A stretch of 64,000 nt of DNA from positions 2,368,001 to 2,432,000 of the forward strand of contig OY730476.1 of assembly GCA_963422735.1 (NCBI GenBank), read 5' to 3'. Shown here piece by piece: positions 1-9,215 of this stretch. This DNA comes from Candidatus Latescibacterota bacterium (lineage in GTDB: Bacteria > Latescibacterota > UBA2968 > UBA8231). Each line of letters begins with the position of its first letter. Positions within the stretch are counted from its first letter, which is position 1. A program made the position numbers and the translations under genes. A model generated the notes under the pieces. It had not been told where the DNA came from. It did not search any database and worked only from the letters and a program-made list of their open reading frames with translations.

Positions 1-640
1 CGCCGTATAGCCCGCTGGGCTGGTGGCGCGCCTCTGCAATCACGTCGTAGGTGTCCGCACTATGGCCGTAGTACGCGAGGAGCATGGCAACGCTGGTCGG
101 CGAGCAGACGTGGGAAGCCAACTCGGGCCGCAGAGCCATCTGGCTTTGCGGCGGCACAGCAAGGTCCGTATCTCGGCTGGCGCAGGTCGGAGCAGGCACT
201 GCTCCCTTGCGGCGCACCGAGACTGAGAGCAAGGCCGGAGCCTTGGGGGCGATACCTTGGATGTGCAGGTGTAGGGTGGCCGTTTGCAACGGGGTGCGAA
301 TGCGTAGGAGGTCAATGTCCGCTTCGACCGCTTCGTTTGCCGCGCCCGCTTCGGCCCCGACAAACGAGCCGACCGGATCGAGGGCGGCCCGGCTGCTATG
401 TCCAGCTTGGGTTTCGCATTCCACTGCGAACTGATAGCCCCACGCGCCGTCGTGGACGACCGAGAGACATGGCAGGATTTCTAGCGCGTCTTCTAGCACT
501 GCGGATGGCAAGCTGACCGAAAGCGCGTCGCCATGCCATGCCAACGGCTCGATCTGCTTTGGCCGGATGGGCGACGGTACGGCGCGTTGCAGCGCGGCCT
601 CATCCATCTCTTGTGCAAACAATAGAAGTGCGTTGCTCAT
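1..640 (-). CDS. Peptidase C39-like family protein (runs off the window start)
   Basis: Not in the ORF track. Read manually from ATG at 640: MSNALLLFAQ...LAVPPQSQMALRPELASHVCSPTSVAMLLAYYG...GLYG. The VPxxSQ...CSPTSVAMLLxYYG pattern is typical of C39-like peptidases. Confidence 0.75.
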   Translation of the reverse strand, partial: MSNALLLFAQEMDEAALQRAVPSPIRPKQIEPLAWHGDALSVSLPSAVLEDALEILPCLSVVHDGAWGYQFAVECETQAGHSSRAALDPVGSFVGAEAGAANEAVEADIDLLRIRTPLQTATLHLHIQGIAPKAPALLSVSVRRKGAVPAPTCASRDTDLAVPPQSQMALRPELASHVCSPTSVAMLLAYYGHSADTYDVIAEARHQPSGLYG

Positions 641-723
641 CAGATTAAAATCTGCGGTTCGTTTGAGAAGAATATACTCAATTGCTACCTGCGTCCAGCA
701 AGGTTTGCGGACACGTGAGTCGC

Positions 724-1704
724 CTATCCCCAGAGTTGAGGTTGGGGCGGATGGAGGAGGCTGCCTTCGTAGCGCAGCCCGTGTTCCCGATCTTTTTGCA
801 AAAGCAGGGGGCCATCGAGATCGACGAAGCGGGCCTGTTGCGCTAGCAGGACAGCCGGTGCCATGGCCAGCGAGGTGGCGACCATGCAGCCGACCATCAG
901 GTCCAATCCATGCGCACGCGTCTTGGCTGCCAAGCGCAGGGCCTCGCTGAAACCGCCAGTCTTGTCGAGCTTGAGGTTGACGCATTCATAGCGGGAGGCC
1001 AGTTCAGCGAGATCGGCGGTGGTGTGGCAAGATTCGTCGGCGCAAAAGGGGACCGAGTGTTCAAGCCCGGCGAGCAGGGCGTCTTGGGCGGCGGGTAAAG
1101 GCTGTTCAATGAGTGCGACACCCAAGCGAGCCAGTGCGGCCGAAAGCGGCTCGACTTGGGCGGGAGACCAGCTTTCGTTAGCATCGACGATCAAAGTTGA
1201 GTCTGGGGCGTTGGCGCGGATCGCGGCGATGCGGTCGAGGTCGTCGCGCCCGGCGAGTTTGATCTTGAGCAGAGGGCGGTCGGCGTGCAGGGCAGCGGCC
1301 CGGCCCATGGCCTCTGGGTCGTCGAGCGAGAGGGTGTAGGCCGTCACCACTGGTCGCGGTGCCCCTAGGCCGGCCAGCTCATAGGCCGAGCGACCGCTGA
1401 GTTTGGCTTCCAGATCCCAGAGGGCGCAGTCCAAGGCATTGCGGGCGGCACCGGGCGGCAGAGCGCGTTGCAATGCAGCTCGGTCGAGGTCGGCTTCTAC
1501 CTGTGGGCGCAGTGATTCTAACGCATCTATGGTCCCGGCCACGCTTTCGTTGTAGCGGGGATAAGGGACACATTCGCCGCGGCCAATACAGCCGTCGCGG
1601 CTCAGCTCGACGACGACGACGACGGCGGTGGTTTTGGCACCGCGCGAGATGGTGAAGGTCTGGGCGAGGGGAAAGCTCTCACCGCGAATGGAGAATCGGA
1701 TCAC
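724..1704 (-). CDS. dgcA: L-Ala-D/L-Glu epimerase / N-acetyl-D-Glu racemase (enolase superfamily)
   Basis: FTISRGAKT, KIKL, VDANE, EQP, DES, KLDKTGG and DLDG motifs. GTG start at 1704 overlaps the upstream stop (GTGA). Confidence 0.85.
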   Translation of the reverse strand: MIRFSIRGESFPLAQTFTISRGAKTTAVVVVVELSRDGCIGRGECVPYPRYNESVAGTIDALESLRPQVEADLDRAALQRALPPGAARNALDCALWDLEAKLSGRSAYELAGLGAPRPVVTAYTLSLDDPEAMGRAAALHADRPLLKIKLAGRDDLDRIAAIRANAPDSTLIVDANESWSPAQVEPLSAALARLGVALIEQPLPAAQDALLAGLEHSVPFCADESCHTTADLAELASRYECVNLKLDKTGGFSEALRLAAKTRAHGLDLMVGCMVATSLAMAPAVLLAQQARFVDLDGPLLLQKDREHGLRYEGSLLHPPQPQLWG

Positions 1705-2699
1705 AGGGCATCGACCAAGCGCGCGGCCCCTTGGCGCAGAGGATCGACTGCGGGCAGGCCGGCTCGACGTTCTATGGCTCTGAGCAGTTTGGAGGCGCGG
1801 TTTTCCAGCAGGTGCGAGGTGTTGACCGCAATGCCAACGGTGCGGCAGGCCGGGTTGGTCAGCCGGCCACACTGCTCGTTGAGGCGAATGCAGTCGAGCA
1901 GATCGGGCAGCCGGTATTCGGGTAGGCCGCGCATGTGGGGGCGGTTGGGATCGTGGCAGAGGACGAGCGCGTCGGGCTGAGCACCGTGCATGAGGCCCAG
2001 CGACACACCGGCATAGGAGGCGTGGAACAGCGAACCTTGGCCTTCGATTAGGTCCCAGTGCTCGGGGTGGTTGGTCGGGGTCAGGACCTCGACGGCCCCA
2101 GCGAGAAAGTCGGAAACCACGGCGTCAACGGCAACGCCTGTCCCGGCGATGAAGATGCCGGTTTGGCCAGTGGCGCGGAAGGTGCAGGCCATGCCTCGCG
2201 CCTGCATCTCGCGCTCAATGGCCAGCGCGGTGAACATCTTGCCGACCGAGCAGTCGGTGCCGACGGTGAGCAGGCGTTTGCCCGGGCGTTTGACGCCGGT
2301 TGCGATGGGAAAACCGCGGTTGGAAAAGCGCACATCTACGAGGTGGGTGCCCTTTTCGCGGGCGCGGTCGGCCAAGACGGGGATGGTGCTAAGGCGCGTG
2401 TGCAGGCCACTAGCAAGGTCGTAGCCGAGGTCGATGGCCTGCAAGAGGATCTCGCGCCAAAGGTCGGAGATGGTGCCGCCGCGATTGACGACGCCGATGA
2501 TGAGGGTGCGGGCACCGGCGGCGCGGGCTTGGGCGAGGGTCTGGTCAGGTAGCCCGAGGTCGGTGCCGCAGTCGGGAAGACGAAGCTGACCAATGCACCT
2601 TTCGGGCCGCCAGTGGGCAATGCCGACGGCCGTTTTGGCGGCTAGCTGGTCGGAGGCGTCGCCGAGGAATAATAGGTATGGGTGCGCGAGCTGGATCAC
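1701..2699 (-). CDS. dgcN: DUF1611 family protein / D-Glu N-acetyltransferase
   Basis: PYLLFLGD, AAKTA, VGTDCSVGKMFT, ATGQTG, EGQGSL motifs; adjacent to dgcA. Confidence 0.85.
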   Translation of the reverse strand: MIQLAHPYLLFLGDASDQLAAKTAVGIAHWRPERCIGQLRLPDCGTDLGLPDQTLAQARAAGARTLIIGVVNRGGTISDLWREILLQAIDLGYDLASGLHTRLSTIPVLADRAREKGTHLVDVRFSNRGFPIATGVKRPGKRLLTVGTDCSVGKMFTALAIEREMQARGMACTFRATGQTGIFIAGTGVAVDAVVSDFLAGAVEVLTPTNHPEHWDLIEGQGSLFHASYAGVSLGLMHGAQPDALVLCHDPNRPHMRGLPEYRLPDLLDCIRLNEQCGRLTNPACRTVGIAVNTSHLLENRASKLLRAIERRAGLPAVDPLRQGAARLVDAL

Positions 2700-2712
2700 G
2701 GCCAGCAAAGGC

Positions 2713-3576
2713 TCATGGGGCGACCGGCATACCGAGGCGGCGCCGGCGCTGTTGCCAGTGCCACTTGTCGCTGCCGGAAATGAGCGGCTTGAGGGGTTCG
2801 GGCGTTTGGGCGATGAATTCAGCGCTCGGCTCTTGGCCGTTCCAGGCTTGGAACATCGGCGGGGTATAGCCGCCGATGACGATGACGCGCTCGCGGTCGG
2901 AGCGGGTCTGGCCGGTGGCGTGGATCAGGGCCTCGCCAAAGAGCAGGGTTGATCCAGCAGGCGCGATCACTTGGTGGATCAGCGCGGGATCCTCGTACGC
3001 CGCAGCGATGATGGCCTCGCGGTCGCTTTTGACCTTGTGGCTGCCGGCGATGACCACGGTGCCGCCATCGTCCGGATCTAGCTCCGTGAGGTTGGTCAGG
3101 GTTTTGACAAAAGTGCAGTGGTAAAGGCCATTTTCGACGTACGTGCCCACGTCTGGGGTGGTGCCGGTGTGGAAGCCGTAGCGCGGTGCCGCCGCGAGGT
3201 CAATCTCTGGGTCTCGCTCGTTGATGACGGCCTCGGATTCTTCGAGGCGCACACTGCCGCCGACCAGTTCCTCGGCCATGCCGATTAAGCGCGGATGAGT
3301 CAGGTATTCGAAGATCGCGGAGTCGGCTTCGAGGATGTGGGCAAAGTGCAGGTAGTGAGGCCGATAGGCGGAGAGACGGCAGTTGCGGACGCGGGCCTTA
3401 GCTGGGTCCGCGGCGGACAGAAGATCGCGTTTGAGCCGGAGCATGGCCTCTAGCAAGCGACCCGTCAGGTCTTGATCAAGCGCGTTTTCAATCACTACAT
3501 AGCCGTAGACTTCGAGGTGATAGCGCTGGGCAGGGGTGAGCGCGGGAAAGGGCCGGATGAATTCGCCGTCAGACAT
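2713..3576 (-). CDS. Phytanoyl-CoA dioxygenase (PhyH) family Fe/2OG dioxygenase
   Basis: GYVVIENAL, GGTVVIAGSHK, PAGSTLLFGEALIH, RER. Probable start MSDGEF at 3576; the ORF-track extension is likely spurious. Confidence 0.8.
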   Translation of the reverse strand: MSDGEFIRPFPALTPAQRYHLEVYGYVVIENALDQDLTGRLLEAMLRLKRDLLSAADPAKARVRNCRLSAYRPHYLHFAHILEADSAIFEYLTHPRLIGMAEELVGGSVRLEESEAVINERDPEIDLAAAPRYGFHTGTTPDVGTYVENGLYHCTFVKTLTNLTELDPDDGGTVVIAGSHKVKSDREAIIAAAYEDPALIHQVIAPAGSTLLFGEALIHATGQTRSDRERVIVIGGYTPPMFQAWNGQEPSAEFIAQTPEPLKPLISGSDKWHWQQRRRRLGMPVAP

Positions 3577-3660
3577 GCGCGGAAATATAAACGCGGGAAA
3601 TAGGGAATGCCAACGGTAAGTAAACGCGCTCACAGGCCGTCTAGGTATGAGATGCTGTCG

Positions 3661-3705
3661 CGCCTGCTTCATCCTGCCTTTAGACAGAACAGGCGCGGTG
3701 AAGCG
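3661..3705. repeat. 45-bp palindromic dispersed repeat, copy 1
   Basis: Reverse complement matches 40146-40190 at 40/45 positions. Confidence 0.8.
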
Positions 3706-4086
3706 TACGGCGGCCAGCGTTGGGCGAAGCCCCCCCTCTTCTCCAGCCGGGTGCGCCCCGTTTGCCGCCGCCTCAAGTCGGCGTATAGGTGCTCGCGCTC
3801 GGGGCGTCCCCGGAATGTTCAGACCGCTTATAAGTACGAATTGCGTCGGAAAAAGCGATTCGCATCGCAGCAGATCGCAGTCGGCATCTAGTCGCGTCTG
3901 ATTGAAAATTTGGCTTTGCAATAAAGTACACTTTTTCGCACTTTTAGATGTACATACAATTGAATGCCTTTTTCAAGCCTCTCAGATGCAGAGTATTATC
4001 AATAACTTACTCATTATCATTTTCCACTCTCTTGCGAATTCACGGAGAAATCCTACAACTATGGTTCGTCCAGATCATCGCTTAGA

Positions 4087-4114
4087 GTACTTAATTTAGT
4101 ACCATATTCGGTAC
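4087..4114 (+). promoter_or_regulatory. Putative TA operator: three GTAC cores spaced 12 bp apart
   Basis: GTAC at 4087, 4099 and 4111 (includes GTACC-N6-GGTAC), directly upstream of the antitoxin start. Confidence 0.55.
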
Positions 4115-4126
4115 AAGAAAGGAAAT

Positions 4127-4384
4127 ATGCTCCAATTCATGCCCATTGCCGAAACCCGCAAAATCCTGAATCAATTGCCCGATCGCTTCGCCGCCGAACC
4201 CGAAGCGAGTACTCTCGCCATAACGCGCCGCGGCCAGCCGGTGCTCGCGCTGATGCCGTGGTCGCTTTACCAAGGAATTGTCGAAACTTTAGAGGTGCTC
4301 GGCGACGAGGCCCAGTGCGCCGCGCTGCGCGAAGGCATCCGCCAGCTTGAGGCGGGCGAGCGCACCGTTTGGGAGGCGCAATGA
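4127..4384 (+). CDS. Phd/YefM family antitoxin
   Basis: 85 aa; AITRRGQPVLALMP...ETLEVL; RBS aaagga; stop overlaps the toxin start (ATGA). Confidence 0.85.
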   Translation: MLQFMPIAETRKILNQLPDRFAAEPEASTLAITRRGQPVLALMPWSLYQGIVETLEVLGDEAQCAALREGIRQLEAGERTVWEAQ

Positions 4385-4698
4385 CGTTGCGCGTCGTCTT
4401 GGCTCAGCGCACCTTAGAGTCGCTGCAAGGCGTGCTCAACCAGCGGATCGCCGAGCAAGTGGACCAATACATCACAGGGCTGGCAATTGACCCCGAGGAA
4501 CAGGGCTGGCCCTTGGTCGGCGAGTTAAAGGACTATCGCTGCCTGCGTCCGCCGGGTGGCTGGTTCCGCATCGTCTATCGGGTGGGGCTTGGGCAGGTTG
4601 AGGTGGTACTGGTGTCGGTGGGACAGGCCCATTCGGCAGGTGAGCGGGACGTGCGCGCTCTAGCGCGTACGCTGTTTAGCGAGCGGCTGCTGCGCTAA
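4381..4698 (+). CDS. RelE/ParE family toxin
   Basis: GWPLVGELKDYRCLR...FRIVYRV...VVLVSVG; coupled to the Phd antitoxin. Confidence 0.8.
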   Translation: MTLRVVLAQRTLESLQGVLNQRIAEQVDQYITGLAIDPEEQGWPLVGELKDYRCLRPPGGWFRIVYRVGLGQVEVVLVSVGQAHSAGERDVRALARTLFSERLLR

Positions 4699-5040
4699 GC
4701 GAAGGCCTCCCTCGCCCCGATATAGACGAAGCCCTGTTCTACTTTTACTGGATATATCTTGATGCTGTACTCCTCGCCCCCGAGGTTGTGCCCGTCGCTC
4801 AGCGAGAACGTCTTCTTGTGTTGGGGGCAGGCGACTTTGGGCGTACCTTCTTGATCGCCGATGTAAGCCGCGGGCGAGGACCATGTCGCGCTTGTGGGGG
4901 CACATGTTCTGGCAGGCGTACCAGTCGCGGTGCGAGACTGCGGCCTGCTCGTTTCCCCGCTTGACGCAAGCCCCAGAGTTGCTGGGAAAGTCCTCGACTC
5001 GGGCGACTCGCACCCACTGCTCTGTCATTACTTCGCTCAT
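4695..5040 (-). pseudogene. nirD: Nitrite reductase small subunit (Rieske), frameshifted
   Basis: WYACQNMCPHKRDMVLARGL, then a frame change near 4863 to IGDQEGTPKVACPQHKKTFSL...YPVKVEQGFVYI*. Confidence 0.8.
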
Positions 5041-5145
5041 ACCAATCCTCCCAGTTGGTGGGCCGCTTTTGCTGCCGCTCGTGTGTCCACTGCAAATTGT
5101 CGTCCACGTCGTCGCTGTTGTGGATGCTCCGGGTCTTCGACGTTG
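5035..5145 (-). pseudogene. nirB: 3' remnant of NADH nitrite reductase large subunit
   Basis: Fragments NVEDP and NSDDVDDNLQWTHERQQKRP resemble the NirB C-terminus and lie directly upstream of nirD. Confidence 0.5.
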
Positions 5146-5159
5146 TGCTGACGCTGGAA

Positions 5160-5703
5160 GTGCGCAACGGCGACCTTCTCATACTTGACATCACCCTGAT
5201 TGGCTTCTTCTGTTCTGTGTATTGTCCGGGCGACGCAATCCTCAAGACCTACGATCTTGCGCGGATGCTGCGCGAAACTGACGTGACGATTGTCGGCGAT
5301 TTCCAGGCACCGATGGAAAAGGAGTGCCTGGACCTGCTGTTGCGCGGCTCGGTACCCATGGTGGTCTGTCCGGCGCGGGGCTTGGCCGGATGCGAATTCC
5401 GAAAAGCTGGAAGGGACCGCTGGCTGAACGGCACTTGTGATTCTGTCCTTTTTCGACGACGGCATTCGCCGGCCCACAGCCGATCTTGCGGTCAAGCGCA
5501 ATCCCTATGTCGCCGCGCTCGCCGACCGCCTCCTCATTGCCCGTGCCGAAAAGGGCGACAAAACCGAGGCATTGTGCAAGGAAGCACTCGCCGCTGGAAA
5601 GTCGGTATTTGCCATAGACTCCCCAGATAACGTGCATCTAGTGGAACTCGGCGTTGTGCCGGTCCAGGTTGAGGACTTTACACCTTTGGTCACGAGGAAG
5701 TGA
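5160..5703 (+). pseudogene. DprA/SMF-like Rossmann-fold protein, frameshifted
   Basis: FFCSVYCPGDAILKTYDLA...PMEKECLDLLLRG..PMVVCPARGL in one frame; ILSFF...RPTADLAVKRNPYVAALADRLLIA in another. Confidence 0.65.
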
Positions 5704-5760
5704 ATTCAGTGCTTGGCGCAGTTCCCACCTTAACATTATAGCATTTAGGAAGAATCAATC

Positions 5761-6692
5761 TTGCCGATATTTGACATATTCTCGAAACGCCAGAGGAGAC
5801 TTCGAGGGGAGATGCCTGACGTCTACGTTTATGACGACCTGCCCAATCCTCTCAGAGTACAGATTGTTCACATCTGGCAGGATACTCTTCGCACTCGCTA
5901 TGCTGGCTATGATGAACATTATGAATTCATAGTCAAGACTCTATGTCGTGAATATGGTGTTTTTGCTTTGTCTGAGACTGATAGCTATAGTAGAGATTAT
6001 GAAAAAGAATTTTTCCATTTTTTCCTTCAAGCAGACGATGTTGAAAACGCTCTTGATGCAGTAGAGTTGTCATTTCAGGTTATAGACCACTATTCAAGCA
6101 ACTGTGATGACGTAATAGAAGAATTAAATAATAAGGAGCATGGCGTCGGCTATCAATTCACAAACAGGCAGATTATCCGCATCGACTCTGAGTTCGCTCA
6201 CGATGAAATTGTTAAGCCTGCGCTCAGATTGCTCGACCAACAGCACTATGCTGGAGTGCAATAGGAATTCTTAAACGCTCACGAACACTATTGAAAGGAG
6301 AACGCTAAAGAAGCTCTCAGCGAGTGCTTAAAACGTTCGAGAGCGTAATGAAATCGATTTGTGATAAGAGAGGCTGGAGTTACAGTAATGATGCGACGGC
6401 AAAGCCCTTGATCTAGGCCTGTTTTGATAGCGGACTGACTCCATCGTTTTAGCAATCGCACTATTCGGCACTGAGAAGTCTTTTGGAGAGTAGCGTCCCA
6501 ACCAGACGCAACAAATTGAGCGGTCACGGTCAAGGTACATCTCCGAAATCCGTGCCAAATTACCTTGTCGCGTACATGTTGCACATGACGGCATCGGCTA
6601 TTGTGTTCTTGGCGGAAGCTGATAAAAATGCTTCGCAATGCCAAGAGTTTATTGATCGGTCGTATCTCTGTGATCCTGAAAAATCTGAGTAG
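5761..6692 (+). pseudogene. AbiJ-NTD4/STM4504-like abortive-infection protein with C-terminal HEPN, disrupted
   Basis: IFDIFSKRQ...PDVYVYDDLPNPLRVQIVHIW. After TAG at 6262 the homology continues through several stops and a frameshift (EFLNAHEHY*, FESVMKSIC, RNKLSGHGQG = RxxxxxH). Lower GC than flanks. Confidence 0.7.
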
Positions 6693-6724
6693 TAATAAAT
6701 AGTGACATGCCATCCGAATCGGGA

Positions 6725-6960
6725 AAGCTGGAATGTACCAAGTACGCGGTTCATGCGATGGCCGAACCTCCCCATGGAGTGGATCGGACTGGTGGTAGCC
6801 GAACCGGCGTTGCCCGACCCAAACTACCCCGAGGTAGAGATTTTTTTATTCTATCCCAGAACGAGATAACCTAATACTGCGCGTCGCTGTCAACATCCGC
6901 GTTGCACCTTGGCGGGTGGTAAGCGTATTTTTTGACCGAAACATGAAAGGCAAATTATGA
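6725..6960 (+). pseudogene. DUF4258-like toxin remnant
   Basis: Broken frame MEWIGLVVAEP..PDPNYPEVE / IPERDNLILRVAVN..PWRVVSVFFDRNMKGKL*; stop overlaps the DUF2283 start. Confidence 0.55.
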
Positions 6961-7158
6961 AACTACATGTCGATAAAAATGCCGACGCGCTCTACCTGCG
7001 CCTCGATGATTCGGTCATCGTCGAGTCCGCAGAGGTCTCGCCGGGAGTAGTGCTCGATTACAACGAATCGAACGAACGTAGTGGGAGTGGAAATGCTCTA
7101 TCTGTCGAAACGCTCGTCCAATCTGAATCTCTCCACCTTGGAATTCGAGACCGCTTAG
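6957..7158 (+). pseudogene. DUF2283 family antitoxin-like protein, frameshifted
   Basis: MKLHVDKNADALYLRL...ESAEVSPGVVLDYN, then a shift near 7077 to VVGVEMLYLSKRS...FETA*. Confidence 0.75.
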
Positions 7159-7180
7159 CCCCTTCACCCCCAGACGCTTT

Positions 7181-8185
7181 ATGACCTCTCTCCTACTCGA
7201 TGTCCACAACCTGAGCGTACGCATTGACCGCGACGAGGGCGTGGTGCGGCCGCTCAACGGCGTCAGCTTCCGCATCAACACCGGCCAAGCCGTGGGCATA
7301 GTCGGCGAAAGCGGCTGCGGCAAGACCATGACTTCTAACGCCCTACTGCAGATTTTGCCAGCGGCAGCCGAGATTACCAGCGGCCACATCCGCTACCGCC
7401 GCAAGCTGGACGAGCGCGAGATCGACCTCGCCGCGCTCGCCGCGCACAGCGACGAGATGCATCAGATCAGGGGTGGCGACATTTCCATGATCTTCCAAGA
7501 GCCCATGACCGCCTTCTCGCCGGTTCACACCATTGGCAACCAAATCGCCGAGATGATCCAACTCCACGATTCGCTATCCTCAAAAGCAACGCAGCAGCGG
7601 GTCGTGGAACTGTTGCACTTAGTCGGCATCCCCGATCCGCAGGACCGCGCTGCAGACTATCCCTTCCAGCTTTCGGGCGGCATGCGCCAGCGGGCGATGA
7701 TTGCCATGGCGCTGGCGAGCAATCCGCGGCTTTTGATCGCCGACGAGCCAACCACGGCACTCGACGTGACCGTGCAGGCGCGAGTGCTCAAGCTGATCCA
7801 ACGGCTCCGGCGCGAACTGGGACTGGCGCTCATGCTGATTACTCACGATCTGGGTGTGATCGCGCACACGGTCGAATACGTCTATGTGATGTACATGGGG
7901 CGAATCGTCGAAGAGGGTCCGGTAGCCGCAATTTTCGACCGCCCGGCGCATCCTTATACGGCGGCCCTATTGCAATCCATCCCTAGTCTGACGGGCAAAC
8001 GCCGGCGCATCGAGCCGATTGAGGGCAGCGTCCCCAGCGCGTACGCCCTGCCCGAGGGGTGTCCCTTCCACACCCGCTGCGCGCAAAAGGTCGGCCCCAT
8101 CTGCCAGCAGCAAATGCCCGCGTCGGCGGAAGTGGGGCCGCACCACCGCGCCCGTTGTTTCATCCACACCCAAGAAGGGGACTAG
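7181..8185 (+). CDS. Oligopeptide/dipeptide ABC transporter ATPase (OppD/DppD type)
   Basis: GESGCGKT, LSGGMRQR, DEPTTALD, C-terminal GCPFHTRC. Confidence 0.92.
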   Translation: MTSLLLDVHNLSVRIDRDEGVVRPLNGVSFRINTGQAVGIVGESGCGKTMTSNALLQILPAAAEITSGHIRYRRKLDEREIDLAALAAHSDEMHQIRGGDISMIFQEPMTAFSPVHTIGNQIAEMIQLHDSLSSKATQQRVVELLHLVGIPDPQDRAADYPFQLSGGMRQRAMIAMALASNPRLLIADEPTTALDVTVQARVLKLIQRLRRELGLALMLITHDLGVIAHTVEYVYVMYMGRIVEEGPVAAIFDRPAHPYTAALLQSIPSLTGKRRRIEPIEGSVPSAYALPEGCPFHTRCAQKVGPICQQQMPASAEVGPHHRARCFIHTQEGD

Positions 8186-8189
8186 CCCG

Positions 8190-9203
8190 ATGACCAAAGG
8201 GGCCGAAGATGCTCTCCTGCAAGTGCGGGGGTTAAAAAAGCACTTTCCCGTACACCGGGGCCTTCTACAGCGACAGACGGGTTGGATAAAGGCCGTGGAC
8301 GGCGTGAGCTTTGCGCTCGCCCAAGGCAAAATTTTGGGGCTGGTTGGGGAGAGTGGGTGCGGCAAAACCACCGCCGGGCGGATGATTCTCCGCGCCCTAG
8401 AACCGACCGCCGGGGAGATCCTCTTTCGGCAACAGAGCGGGCAGGTCGTAGATATGGCCCAACTCGGCCGCCGCCAAGTCGTCCAAGCCCGCCGACAGAT
8501 GCAGATGATTTTCCAAGACCCGTACTCGTCCCTAAATCCGCGGATGCCAGTGCGCGACCTCATCGCCGAGCCGCTCCGGGCTTATGGCTGGTCCGCACGC
8601 GACAGCCACGAGCGCGTGGGCGAGCTGATGGAGCGAGTGGGGCTCGACCCCAGATATGCGCGCCGCTATCCGCACGCCTTCTCGGGCGGCCAGCGGCAGC
8701 GCATCGGCATCGCCCGCGCCTTGGCCTTAAGTCCGTCGCTCATCGTCGCCGACGAGCCGGTCTCCGCACTCGATGTCAGCGTACAAGCCCAGATCCTCAA
8801 CTTGCTGCGCCAATTGCAGGCCGACCTCAACCTCACCTTGCTCTTTATCGCCCACGACCTGAGCGTGGTGCGCTATCTCTGCGATGAAGTGGCCGTCATG
8901 TACCAAGGTCGGATCGTGGAACAGGCCACCACCGAAGCCCTCTTTACCCAACCGCAGCACCCCTATACGGCCATGTTGCTAGAGGCCGCGCCCGCGCCCG
9001 ACCCCCATGCCTCGTGGATGGAGGCCGACGAAGACGCCAGCGAGGCGGGGGAACCGACGCCTGCCGGCGACCAAGGGTGCGCTTTCGCGCCGCGCTGCCG
9101 CTACAAAAGCGACCTGTGCAACCAGCAGATGCCCGCCCTAGAGAGCGAGTCGCATCTGGCCGCCTGCCATCACAAAGACGAGCTGGAACTGCAGGGCGTG
9201 TAG
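8190..9203 (+). CDS. Oligopeptide/dipeptide ABC transporter ATPase (OppF/DppF type)
   Basis: GESGCGKT, FQDPYSSLNPR, FSGGQRQR, DEPVSALD; ATG at 8190. Confidence 0.92.
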   Translation: MTKGAEDALLQVRGLKKHFPVHRGLLQRQTGWIKAVDGVSFALAQGKILGLVGESGCGKTTAGRMILRALEPTAGEILFRQQSGQVVDMAQLGRRQVVQARRQMQMIFQDPYSSLNPRMPVRDLIAEPLRAYGWSARDSHERVGELMERVGLDPRYARRYPHAFSGGQRQRIGIARALALSPSLIVADEPVSALDVSVQAQILNLLRQLQADLNLTLLFIAHDLSVVRYLCDEVAVMYQGRIVEQATTEALFTQPQHPYTAMLLEAAPAPDPHASWMEADEDASEAGEPTPAGDQGCAFAPRCRYKSDLCNQQMPALESESHLAACHHKDELELQGV

Positions 9204-9215
9204 TGCAGTGAATAT

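Noticed and set aside
3577-3921. Long N-terminal extensions in the ORF track (also 1705-1872, 13655-13927, 34070-34381, 42496-42732)
   Set aside because: They overlap neighbouring genes or repeats and lack family similarity; downstream starts have RBSs or stop/start overlaps.
5761-6692. In-frame stops as possible selenocysteine or recoding sites, given selA
   Set aside because: Stops are mostly TAG, come with frameshifts and do not sit at Cys positions; decay is the simpler explanation.
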